Assembly: GCA_041690395.1 (NCBI GenBank) | Contig: JAWLHJ010000001.1 | Location: forward strand, 32,001 to 96,000 | Source of the DNA: Longimicrobiales bacterium | GTDB lineage: Bacteria; Gemmatimonadota; Gemmatimonadetes; Longimicrobiales; Gaopeijiaceae | DNA: 64,000 bases | Reading direction: 5' to 3' | In this document: positions 31,265-41,100 of the stretch, piece after piece | Numbering within the stretch: position 1 is the stretch's first letter | Layout: each line of letters opens with the position of its first letter | The notes under the pieces: generated by a model | Database searches by the model: none | The model's input: the letters and a program-made list of their open reading frames with translations, nothing else | What the model was told of the DNA's origin: nothing | Translations under genes and position numbers: made by a program

Positions 31265-33466
31265 TCACCCGTCGGCCGCCCCCACTCTCGCGAGTCGCAG
31301 TGCGTTGAGCGTAACCGCCAGCGAGACGCCCATGTCGCCCACCAGCACGGCGGTGATCAGTGACACCGCACCGAGCGGCACACCGATGGCGAGCACGGCC
31401 TTCACGCCGAGTGCCAGCGCGATGTTCACGCGGATGACGCGAACGGCTTCCCGGGACAGCACGCGTACGTAGGGAAGCCTCGAGAGGTCATCCCCCATGA
31501 GCGCGATATCGGCGGTCTCGAGAGCGGCGTCCGAGCCGGCCGCACCCATGACGATGCCCACCCCGGCCGCAGCCAACGCCGGCGCGTCGTTGATCCCGTC
31601 CCCGACCATCGCGACCGGCCCGTAGGTCCGGGTGAGCTCCCGCACTGCTTCCACCTTCTGCTCCGGGAGCAGCTCGGCGCGGACCTCGTCGACGCCCAAC
31701 TCGCGACCCACGGCCTCGGCGGTCGGTGCGGCGTCTCCGGTGAGCATGACGAGCCGCTCGATCCCTTCGGCACGGAGCTCCGCGAGGTGTCGTGCCGCGG
31801 AGCGGCGGGTCCGGTCCGCGATCCGGTACCAGGCCACCACGACGCCGTCCACCGACGCTGCGACGACCGACCCGGGTAGATCGACCCACTCCTCCGGCGG
31901 AGCCGTGCCCGGTGCCACGAAGTGGGGGGCGCCAACCACTACGTCCACGCCGTCCACCCGGGCCCGCGCCCCACGCCCGGGTGTGGCCGCGAACGCTTCG
32001 ACCGCGCCGGCGGGCCGCACGCCCAGGCTCCCGGCATGCTCCACCAAGGCGCGCGCGACCGGATGCTCCGAGCGGACCTCGACGGCAGCGATCCGGGCGA
32101 GGGCGGCGCGTGCCTGTCCGGGCTCGTCCCCCTCGACCCGGACATCGACCACTTCGGGTCGTCCGAACGTCACCGTGCCGGTCTTATCGAGCGCGACCGC
32201 CCGCACCTGGCCGAACGCCTCGAGGTACGTGCCTCCCTTGATCAGGACTCCGTGGCGGGCCGCGGCCGTCACCCCGCTCACGACCGCAACCGGCGTGGAG
32301 ATGACGAGCGCGCATGGGCATGCGATCACGAGGAGGGTGAGTCCACGGGTGAACCAGACCGTGAAGTCGCCCCCGAACGCGAGGACGGGGACGGCGACCG
32401 TCAGGATCGCCATAACGGTCACGACCGGGGTGTAGACCCGGGCGAAGCGCTCCACGAATCGCTCTGTCGTGGTCTTCCGACCCTCGGCTTCCTCGACCAG
32501 CCGGATGATGCGCGCGAGGGTGCTGTCCGAGGCGGCCTTGTCGACCCGGACCGCCAGGAACCCCTCCCGGTTGATCGTGCCCGCGTAGACCGTAGCGCCG
32601 ACGGCCTTCTCGACGGGCATCGACTCACCGGTCACGGGAGATTGATCGACGGCCGAGTGCCCCTCGACCACGGTACCGTCGGTGGGAAGCCGCTCGCCCG
32701 GCCTGACGACGAAGACCTCTCCCGGAACGAGCTCGTCGACCGGCACCGTGAGCTCCTCGCCGCCCCGCCGGACCCGCGCGGTCTCCGGCGCGAGAAGCAT
32801 CAGAGCCTCCACCGACGACCGCGCGCGGTCCACCGCGTACCGCTCGAGGAGCTCGGCGACCGCGAACAGGAACGCGATCGCCGCGCCCTCGGCGTACTCT
32901 CCGATCCCCACGGCGCCCAGGATCGCGACGGTCATGAGGAAGTTCATGTCCAAGGCCAGGGCCCGGGCAGCCCGCCATCCCTTGGGGAAGAAGTTCCAGC
33001 CGCCCACGAGCGCCGAGCCGATGAAGATCAGGTCGGTGAGGAAGACGTCACGGAACGGGGTCGTGACGACGCGGGGGGCGACGCCCATGAGGTGCAGGAT
33101 ACCCGCGACCACGAAGAGGGCCGCCGACGCGTAGGCGATGCGAGCCTGTCCGCCCGTCCAGGTATCGTAGGCGGTGGCAACTCGCGGCCGGGCCGGTCGG
33201 CCGGTCGCCTCGTTCCCCCCTTCCGGCTCCCGTGACTCGGCCCGGTAGCCGAGCCGTTCGACCTCGCTCCGGAGGCCCGCCGCCCCTGCGACACGGCCGT
33301 CGAAGACGATGTCGAGCTCCCGCCGCATCGGGCTCCCCTCGACGGCGCTCACGCCGGGGACTTTGCGAAGTCGATCGCTGATGGTGGCCAGGCAGGACGG
33401 GCAGTCCATGTCCGGCACGGTGAGTCGGAGGCGATCCGGCGCCTCGGGGGACTCGACGTCACTCAC
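31265..33466 (-). CDS. zntA: P1B-type heavy-metal (Zn/Cd/Pb) ATPase
   Basis: N-terminal MDCPSC HMA domain, TGES, CPC, DKTGT, SEHP, GDGINDAP. Confidence 0.92.
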   Translation of the reverse strand: MSDVESPEAPDRLRLTVPDMDCPSCLATISDRLRKVPGVSAVEGSPMRRELDIVFDGRVAGAAGLRSEVERLGYRAESREPEGGNEATGRPARPRVATAYDTWTGGQARIAYASAALFVVAGILHLMGVAPRVVTTPFRDVFLTDLIFIGSALVGGWNFFPKGWRAARALALDMNFLMTVAILGAVGIGEYAEGAAIAFLFAVAELLERYAVDRARSSVEALMLLAPETARVRRGGEELTVPVDELVPGEVFVVRPGERLPTDGTVVEGHSAVDQSPVTGESMPVEKAVGATVYAGTINREGFLAVRVDKAASDSTLARIIRLVEEAEGRKTTTERFVERFARVYTPVVTVMAILTVAVPVLAFGGDFTVWFTRGLTLLVIACPCALVISTPVAVVSGVTAAARHGVLIKGGTYLEAFGQVRAVALDKTGTVTFGRPEVVDVRVEGDEPGQARAALARIAAVEVRSEHPVARALVEHAGSLGVRPAGAVEAFAATPGRGARARVDGVDVVVGAPHFVAPGTAPPEEWVDLPGSVVAASVDGVVVAWYRIADRTRRSAARHLAELRAEGIERLVMLTGDAAPTAEAVGRELGVDEVRAELLPEQKVEAVRELTRTYGPVAMVGDGINDAPALAAAGVGIVMGAAGSDAALETADIALMGDDLSRLPYVRVLSREAVRVIRVNIALALGVKAVLAIGVPLGAVSLITAVLVGDMGVSLAVTLNALRLARVGAADG

Positions 33467-33866
33467 GGACGTGCTCCAGCCCCATCCGGAATACCGCCTC
33501 GATGTGCGCGTCGTCGAGCCGGTAGTAGGCCATGCGGCTCTCCTTCCGGTACCGGACGAGCCGGAGCGTGCGCATGGTGCGCAGGTGATGGCTCACGGCC
33601 GACTGGCTCACGCCCGCCACCGCCGCGAGATCGCAAACACACATCTCGCCGCGAGCGAGCGCCTCGATGAGCCGAAGGCGCGTCGGACTGGCCAGAACCT
33701 GGAACGTCTCGGCCAGCAGCTCGATCTCGGAGTCGCCGGCGCGCGCGGCACGGGCAGCGCGAACGCGGTCCTCGTGCACGAGCGTGGCGTCGCAGAGGGC
33801 GTCGTCGGGCCGGTCTTTCGTCTCGGGCACCGTTCCAGGACCGGCGGAAGAGGGCGTTCCACTCAT
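33459..33866 (-). CDS. ArsR/SmtB (CadC-like) metalloregulator
   Basis: LASPTRLRL, EMCVCDLA, SQSAVSHHLR, DAHI...EHVRE; the alternative ATG at 33899 overlaps the operator. Confidence 0.9.
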   Translation of the reverse strand: MSGTPSSAGPGTVPETKDRPDDALCDATLVHEDRVRAARAARAGDSEIELLAETFQVLASPTRLRLIEALARGEMCVCDLAAVAGVSQSAVSHHLRTMRTLRLVRYRKESRMAYYRLDDAHIEAVFRMGLEHVRE

Positions 33867-33894
33867 CTTGGGAAGCTCCGTCGCGTCATGATTG

Positions 33895-33920
33895 ATCATA
33901 TGAGCAGATGCTCACACATG
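33895..33920. promoter_or_regulatory. SmtB/CadC-type inverted-repeat operator
   Basis: ATCATATGAGCA-GA-TGCTCACACATG, core TGAGCA-N2-TGCTCA. Confidence 0.75.
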
Positions 33921-34051
33921 ATAGCGCCCGACGGAATGATGCTGCAATCCCCGGCTTACACTACTCTTACAGGGAGCCGCTTGTCCGCATGGCGGGCGAT
34001 GCCCAGTGTACGCCCAGAATGTCCCGAGAACGCTGGAGCTACGACGAAAGA

Positions 34052-35014
34052 ATGATCAGTCGACGTGAATGGCTGCGCATGACCGCCGGCGCGAGCGCGC
34101 TGCTCGGCCTGAACCCCCGCCTGCTGGCAGCCCTGCAGAGCGGCCCGGTTCGGACCCGCGCGATTCCTTCGAGCGGCGAGGAGATTCCGGTCATCGGGCT
34201 CGGGGGCCGCTGGATCTCCGCCAACTCCACCCCGGAGGAGCTCGCCGACCATCGGGCGGTGCTCCACGAGCTGGCCCGCGACGCCGAGGGCGCCGGCCGC
34301 CTGTTCGATTCCGCCGCCGGATACGGCGGTGGCGGATCCGAGGAGTACGCCGGACAGTGGGCGGAAGCGGACGGTATCCAGGACGACATCTTCTGGGCGA
34401 CCAAGGTGAACGTGGTCGGCCGCGGAGGCGGCTCCGCCGACCCCGCCGACGTCCGGGCGCAGATCGAGCGATCGTTCGACCGCATGCGCCTCGACGTCAT
34501 CGACCTCAACCAGGTCCACAACATGGGCGATCCGCCGACCCAGCTCGGCGTCCTCCAGGAGTACAAGGACCAGGGCCGCATCCGGTATATCGGGATCACG
34601 ACCACGAGCGAGGGTCAGTACGATCATCTGGCCCGGGTCATGCGGGACTACCCCATCGACTTCATCGGCATCGACTACGCCATCGACAACCGGGTCGCCG
34701 AAGAGACGATCCTCCCGCTCGCGCTCGACCAGGGAATCGGCGTGCTCGTCTACCTGCCGTTCGGACGGAGCCGCATGTGGCAGCGGATCGGCGACCGCGA
34801 GCTACCCGAATGGGCGCACGAGTTCGACGCACACACCTGGGCGCAGTTCATGCTCAAGTTCGTCGTCGCCCATCCGGCCGTTACCGTCGCCTGCCCGGGC
34901 ACCGGCGATCCCGAGCACATGGTCGACAACCTCGGCGGCGGCAGGGGCCGTCTCCCCACGGAAGAGCATCTCGAGCGGATGGTGCGGCTGGTCGAGAGCC
35001 TGCCGACCTCGTGA
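34052..35014 (+). CDS. Aldo/keto reductase with Tat-type signal
   Basis: SRREWL twin-arginine motif; FDSAAGY, ATKV, QVHN, GRIRYIGIT. Confidence 0.88.
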   Translation: MISRREWLRMTAGASALLGLNPRLLAALQSGPVRTRAIPSSGEEIPVIGLGGRWISANSTPEELADHRAVLHELARDAEGAGRLFDSAAGYGGGGSEEYAGQWAEADGIQDDIFWATKVNVVGRGGGSADPADVRAQIERSFDRMRLDVIDLNQVHNMGDPPTQLGVLQEYKDQGRIRYIGITTTSEGQYDHLARVMRDYPIDFIGIDYAIDNRVAEETILPLALDQGIGVLVYLPFGRSRMWQRIGDRELPEWAHEFDAHTWAQFMLKFVVAHPAVTVACPGTGDPEHMVDNLGGGRGRLPTEEHLERMVRLVESLPTS

Positions 35015-35376
35015 GGGCCGCTCGGCATGTCGCCGCGGCCGTAATCGCGGTGCTTGCGCTCGCAGGATGCGCCTCCGGGGGGTCGTTCACGGTCGGCGAG
35101 ACCGTCGTCGTCGAAGGCACGGTCACGGCCCTCAACGTCACGCCGATGTTCGTCGATCGCGACGGGCTCGTGATCGTTCAAACCCCGGACCGGGGCGTGA
35201 TTACGATCCGGGTCCCCTCGCGTGAGGCACGCTGTGTCGCTCGCGGGTTGAGCGTGATCCATGTGCTGCAGCGGGGCGACCGGGTGCGGGCCGCCGGAAC
35301 CCTCGTCGAACCGGCCGTAATCCGGGCGTGCGAGGACGAGTCACATCTCCTGGAGCGCCTCGACCAGGAGGATTAG
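35011..35376 (+). CDS. Small hypothetical lipoprotein
   Basis: GTGA overlap; lipobox LAGC; two further Cys. Confidence 0.6.
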   Translation: MRAARHVAAAVIAVLALAGCASGGSFTVGETVVVEGTVTALNVTPMFVDRDGLVIVQTPDRGVITIRVPSREARCVARGLSVIHVLQRGDRVRAAGTLVEPAVIRACEDESHLLERLDQED

Positions 35377-35382
35377 GCGCGA

Positions 35383-35411
35383 CGGTCCGCCCGCGCGCGC
35401 CCGGCGGACCG
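35383..35411. terminator. Hairpin between convergent genes
   Basis: CGGTCCGCC...GGCGGACCG stem. Confidence 0.4.
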
Positions 35412-35425
35412 CCACTGCTCCGGAG

Positions 35426-36400
35426 TCAGCGCGCCGCCTGGATCAGGCGGTCCTCGAACGCATAGTCCACCTCGCGTCTCGGCTGCTCGAGGTACCACGC
35501 GAAGCCCTTCCGCAATCCCTCCTCCAGGCCGATCGGCGTGAAGTCGAGTATACGCGCGATCTTGTCCACGGATGCCGAGATGGGCGGCAGGTCGAGCATC
35601 TCGCCGAAGTAGAGCGGCTCCATGAAGAGGTGCCCCCCGGCGGACTGGATGGTTTCGCGCGGGATGGGGACGAAGTCGGGTTCGACTCCCGCCACCCGTC
35701 CAAGGGCCTCCACGAAGGTGCGGTGCGTCGTGGGCTCCATGTGACCCACGTTGAACGCCTCCCCCACGGCCTCGGGCGTCTCCGCCGCGCGAAGGCACGC
35801 CCGCGCCACGTCGTCCGCATACACCCAATGCATCGCGGTATCGCCCTGCTCCGGAAGGATGATCGGACGACCATCGCGGAGGCGGTCCCAGAAGAACTGT
35901 TCCCTGTAGAACGGCTGCCGTGGGCCGTGCACGAAGGGCGGCCGAAACGTCGTGACCGGGAAGCCCTCGTCGCGGTGCATCGCGAACAACGTCCGCTCCG
36001 TCGACGCCTTGTTGGCGATGTAGGGGTTCGGATGGTCGTCCGGGGCGAGCGGCGCATCTTCGTCGAGCTCGTGCCCCGTCCAGTAGACTCCGAGGCTCGA
36101 GATGAACACGTACTGCCGGAGCCCGTCATGACAGGCGCGGGCGAGACCCTCCACCTGCTCGGCCGTGGTGCCGTTCTGCCAGTCGTAAGCGAAGTCGAAG
36201 ACGACGTCGAAGGGCTCGCCGCCGATGAGCCTCGCGACGCGGTCGAGATCGGCTCGGTCGGCCTGCAGGTTCCTCACCCCGGGCCCCAGGTCGTGCTCCT
36301 CGCTCCGGTGGAGCAGGGAAACCTCGTGCCCCCCGCCGATGAGCCCTTCGGTGAGCGCTCGGCCCATGAACTGGGTGCCGCCGATGACGAGTGCGCGCAT
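35426..36400 (-). CDS. NAD-dependent epimerase/dehydratase (atypical SDR)
   Basis: VIGGTQFMG, YVFISS, YIANK and RPPFVHGP motifs. Confidence 0.9.
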   Translation of the reverse strand: MRALVIGGTQFMGRALTEGLIGGGHEVSLLHRSEEHDLGPGVRNLQADRADLDRVARLIGGEPFDVVFDFAYDWQNGTTAEQVEGLARACHDGLRQYVFISSLGVYWTGHELDEDAPLAPDDHPNPYIANKASTERTLFAMHRDEGFPVTTFRPPFVHGPRQPFYREQFFWDRLRDGRPIILPEQGDTAMHWVYADDVARACLRAAETPEAVGEAFNVGHMEPTTHRTFVEALGRVAGVEPDFVPIPRETIQSAGGHLFMEPLYFGEMLDLPPISASVDKIARILDFTPIGLEEGLRKGFAWYLEQPRREVDYAFEDRLIQAAR

Positions 36401-36508
36401 GAGTGCTCCGGGGGGGCCAGGGACGTCCTTCCGTGATCGATGCTCGCGAAGATGTCTCGGGGCGGGTCGGTCCGCAAACGAGCGCACCGCCGCCTCGCAC
36501 CCCAGGAT

Positions 36509-37255
36509 TTACCGCCGGCGCCAGCGCCCTCCGACCGACAGGGTCGTCCCGCCCAGGCCGAGTTCATCGAACCGCTGGAAGTCGCCATCCGGGCTCGGCG
36601 AGCCGAAATCGCGCCGCGCCTGCATGTTCAAGGTGAACGTCGGCGTGATCGCGAAGTCGACTCCCGTGCCGACGAACGCCCACAGATAGCTTCCCCTGGC
36701 CATGAACGTGGCTCCGAACCCTTCCTGGGAGACCACATCGACGAACTCGCCCCACTGGCGAAGGGCGTACCTTCCTCGGCCCACAGCCATGCTCGCGTAG
36801 GGATTTGCGGTTCCCTGTGCCTGGCCCGCCATCGGTTCGCCGCGCTCGAACGCGAACAAGCGAGCTCCGGCGTGGAGGCCAGGCGTCACCGACAGGCGCG
36901 TCCACTGTGCCGCGTCCTCGAAGCCTTCGATGTCGTCCCAGGCGCGGGTTTCGGCTTCCTGTGATCCCCGGATGATCCCGCCCACGAAGAGCTCCGTGCG
37001 CGTCCCCAACGACGCGGCCATCTCGAGCTCCAGCGACGTCGCGTCGAACGCGGACGGCCCGAGGCCGAGGTCCCGGCCGAAGAGATGAAACACGTCTCCT
37101 CCTCCGCGCAGGCTCGACGACCCCATCCGAGCGGTCACGGTCACGGGAATGGAGCGAGCCGACGACGGCCCTTCGGGACCGACCTGGCTCTGGACCTCGG
37201 CAGCCGATCCCGCGAGGACGGTCGCCACCACGGTGATGATCGTGCGCACTCTCAT
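36509..37255 (-). CDS. Outer-membrane beta-barrel protein
   Basis: Signal peptide, amphipathic strands (NPYASMAVG, FVGTGVDF), C-terminal LSVGGRW. Confidence 0.65.
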   Translation of the reverse strand: MRVRTIITVVATVLAGSAAEVQSQVGPEGPSSARSIPVTVTARMGSSSLRGGGDVFHLFGRDLGLGPSAFDATSLELEMAASLGTRTELFVGGIIRGSQEAETRAWDDIEGFEDAAQWTRLSVTPGLHAGARLFAFERGEPMAGQAQGTANPYASMAVGRGRYALRQWGEFVDVVSQEGFGATFMARGSYLWAFVGTGVDFAITPTFTLNMQARRDFGSPSPDGDFQRFDELGLGGTTLSVGGRWRRR

Positions 37256-37257
37256 GA

Positions 37258-38115
37258 TCAGCCTCCCCGGGTGAAGGTGAGTCGCAGAGACGAGCAGGAC
37301 TCCCCGGCCGCCGTCGATCCACCGACGCTCAGCCGGGCGCATGTGCGGATCTGCTGGCTCGCTCGCACCCGTACGATGATCTCACCGCTCAGACCCTCGC
37401 CGGAAACGCGGATGGTCGTCTCGCCGTCGCCCACCGGCGTGATGGTCCCGTCTTCGTCCACCGTGAAGACGTCCTCATCGTCGGACGTCCACGTGAGTCC
37501 GCCGAGGTCCAGGCCGTCCACGACCTGGCCCTCGTTGTCCGCCGGTAGGGCGGCCAGGGCCACCAGCTCGTCGATGGCCCAGATGTCGATGGACGTCACG
37601 GCCCTGGCGCCCGTGCCGGGCTCGTCCGGATCGTCCTCGTCGAAGAAGGCGATCCGGCGTGCCGCCTGCTCCACCTGCACCAGCGCTTCCGCGTCCGCCA
37701 TGTCGGCGAAATAGCCGTTCGGGGACACCGACGGATGGGTCCGCGGAACCCGTGCCGTCACGGACGCCGTGCCGTTGGCCAGGGTCCGGAAGGAGCCGTC
37801 CCCCAGCACCTCGAGCACGTCGGGGCTGTCAGTCTCCCACTCCAGCGGAACGTCGACCTCCTGGCCGCTCCGATCCAGGACCCGCGCGGTGAACGTGATC
37901 ACCTCCTGATGGCTCTCGGAGAGCACCGCCTTCTGGTCCAGTAGGATCCGCGGTGCCGCGTCGATGGTGGGCGCCATGGGGTTGTCGGAGCACGCCCCCG
38001 CGGAGAGCGCGAGGGCCACGATCAACCCTCCCAGGTGACGCCGACGCTTCATGCCTGCCTTCATCTTGTGATCTCCCATGGATGATCCGAGCGATTCGAG
38101 TTGGTTGCGATTCAT
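37258..38115 (-). CDS. Lipoprotein with two Ig-like (Big_2) domains
   Basis: Lipobox AGAC; WETDSPDVLEV and WTSDDEDVFTVDEDGTITPVGDGETTI motifs; ATGA overlap with the upstream gene. Confidence 0.75.
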   Translation of the reverse strand: MNRNQLESLGSSMGDHKMKAGMKRRRHLGGLIVALALSAGACSDNPMAPTIDAAPRILLDQKAVLSESHQEVITFTARVLDRSGQEVDVPLEWETDSPDVLEVLGDGSFRTLANGTASVTARVPRTHPSVSPNGYFADMADAEALVQVEQAARRIAFFDEDDPDEPGTGARAVTSIDIWAIDELVALAALPADNEGQVVDGLDLGGLTWTSDDEDVFTVDEDGTITPVGDGETTIRVSGEGLSGEIIVRVRASQQIRTCARLSVGGSTAAGESCSSLRLTFTRGG

Positions 38116-41100
38116 GGCTGTACCACCCGGGCTCGGATGGTCATGGTGGCCGTTGCGCCCGAGGCCAGGGTGTCGATGGTCCAGGCGCCGGAGGTCTCGT
38201 CCACCGAGCCCTGATCGACCTGCACCTCCAACGCCTCCAGCCGGTCCTGCCCCGCCAACGGGTCGTCCACCACCACGCTTCCGGCCACGGTCCATCCTTC
38301 GTTGGTCACTACGACCTGGAGCGTGATCTCGGAGCCCAGCGCCGGCCGCTCCTCGTCCGTCACCAAATCGATGGAGAGCTGGGCCTCCGCGAAGCGAGTC
38401 TGGAAGGAGGGTGACGTGCCCGTCACCGACTGCCCGCCGACGGTGGCGGCGACGGTGAGCTCGGTCGCACCCGCGCTTCCGAACACCACCGCATGGGCTT
38501 CCAGGACACCGTCCACGAAGGCGGGTGTGGTGCCTCCGCCGCTGGAGAGCTCGGTGTCCGAAGTCACGGCAGCGGTTCCGTTGTAGCTCGGAACCAGGTT
38601 GCCGAAGGCATCCCGGGCCGTGACGCGTACGAGGACTTCCGATCCCACCGTGGCGCCCTCCGAGACCACGGCCTCATCGACGACTACCGTGAAGTGGTCC
38701 ACCTCGGCGGCGGCCACCGTGGCCTGGACGGTGGGGAGTGGTCCACCGGCGAGTGCCGGCCCACCGGTCGGCTCGAGGGAGAGCGTCTCGGCCGCATCCG
38801 CCGCCTGCGTCGACGTATAGGTGAAGGTGGCACTCGAGCCGCCCGCCCCGACGCTCAACGTGGCGGGCTCGAAGCTCCCCGCACCCTCGAGCGAGGAAGC
38901 GAGGGAGAAGGTCAGCGGAGCGTCCGTCGTCGTGGGATGCCCGTACGCGTCCACGAGGGTCAGCGTGTACGTCCCCGGCATGCCTGCCACCAGGGCGTCC
39001 GGCCCCTCCAGACGCACCGTGTACGGCGCCCCCGTGACGATGGACCCGGTGGTGCTCTCGACCGCCACCAGCTCGTAGTGGGCAGCCCGCGTCCCCGACA
39101 GCGAAGCGCCCGTCAGCGTGACCGTTTTGGCGGACCCGAGGTCGGCATCGGCGAACGTGGCGGTCCCCCCCGAAAGGGTCACCTCACCCACATCCGCAGG
39201 GAGGACGCCCGCCAGCGCTCGGGTGAGCACGTCGGCATCGGTCTCACCGTCGTACGCCTTCGGATCCTGGATGGTGAAGGTGCCCGTGACAGGCCTCCGC
39301 TCCACCATGAGTGTCCGCTGCACCACAGGTGCCGCGAGGTACGTGCCGTCGCCGGCCTGGGTGGCCGTAATGACCACCTGACCCGCACCCGTCAGCACGA
39401 GGCTTCCGCCGTCCACGGTCGCCACGTCTTCGGCGCTGCTGGCGAGGGTCACCGCGAGGCCCGACGACGCGGTGGCTTGGAGCGCCACGGACGCATCGCC
39501 GTAGACCCGGCCCTCCAGCGGCCCGAAGTCGATGGTCTGGGCGAGGCGGTCGACCGCGATGGTCACTTCATCGCCATAGCTCGTGCCCAGCGCGTTGGTG
39601 GCGTAGGCGCGGGCGTAGTAGGTCTGCCCCGGCTCGAGCCCGTCGAGGTCCGCGGCGAACGATCCCGCCCCGGTGCCACTCTGGAGGACGGCGTCTGCCA
39701 GGGTCGGACTCGGGTCGATGGCATAGACAACCCCGCGGTCGGTGATGGTCAGCCCTCCATCATCCGTGACCTCGGCACCCACGGTTCCGCCATCGGTGGT
39801 CACACCGCTCACCGCACCGGTCACCACCGTCGGAAGGACACCCGCCGTGGTGAACGACACCTCCGAGCCGTAGCTCGTGCCTTCGGCGTTGGTGGCGTAG
39901 GCGCGGACGTAATACGTAGTGGCCGGGGCCAGGTCGGTCAGGCCCGCGCTGAAAGCCCCGGTGCCGGAGCCGCTCACCACCGAGGCGTCGGCGACAGTCG
40001 GGTTGGACGTGGTCCCGTAGACCACGCCTCGGGCGCTCACGGCGGCGCCTCCATCGGCCGTCACTTCGCCCGCCACGCTAGCGTCCGCCGACGTCACGGC
40101 ACTCACGGTACCAGTGGTCACCGTCGGAACGACGGCGTCCGTCGTGAACGTCGTTTCGGCGCCGTAAGTCGTGCCTTCGGCGTTGGTGGCGTACGCCCGC
40201 ACATAGTATGTCGTGCCAGCGTCCAGTCCGGTCAGCTCCGCGTCGAACGCACCCGTGCCGGATCCACCCGCTACCGAAGCATCCGCCAGGCTCGGGTTCG
40301 CCGCCTTGGCGTACGCCACGCCCCGGGCACTCACTGCAGCGCCGCCGTCGGCGGTCACCTCTCCCGCGACGCTGGCGCCGGAAGCCGTAACCCCGCTCAC
40401 CGCACCCGTCGTCACCGTCGGCGGAACCGCCCCCGTGGTGAAGGCGGTCTCAGCACCATAGCTCGTGCCTTCGGCGTTCGTCGCGTAGGCGCGGACGTAA
40501 TACGTCGTGGCCGGGTCCAGGCCGCCAAGATCCGCGCTGAACGCTCCCGTTCCCGATCCGCTCACAACCGAGGCATCGGCGATGGTCGGATTGGACGTGG
40601 TCGCATACGCCACGCCACGCTCACTCACCGCAGCGCCGCCATCGGCCGTCACTTCACCGGCCACGCCCGCGCCGGAGGCGGTCACATCGCTGACCGCGCC
40701 CGTTGTCACCGTAGGCGCAACCGCGCCCGTCGTGAACGTCGTCTCCGCCCCGTAGCTCGTGCCCTCCACGTTGGTGGCGTAGGCGCGGACGTAGTACGTC
40801 GTCGCCGGATCCAGGCCGCTCAGCGTAGAGTTGAACGCACCCGTTCCGGACCCGATCACCACCGACGCGTCAGCAAGCGTCGGGCTCGCCGAAGTCGCGA
40901 ACACCACACCCCGAGCGGTCACCGTAGCGCCGCCGTCGGCGGTCACTTCACCCGCGACGCTGGCCCCAGACGACGTCACGTCGCTGACCGCACCGGTCGT
41001 CACTATCGGTGCAACGGTCTCGACAACGAACGAGGCCGTGGCGCTCCAGGGCCCATTCCCATCGTCGTTCACCGCCCGGACACGCCAGAAGTACTCCGTA

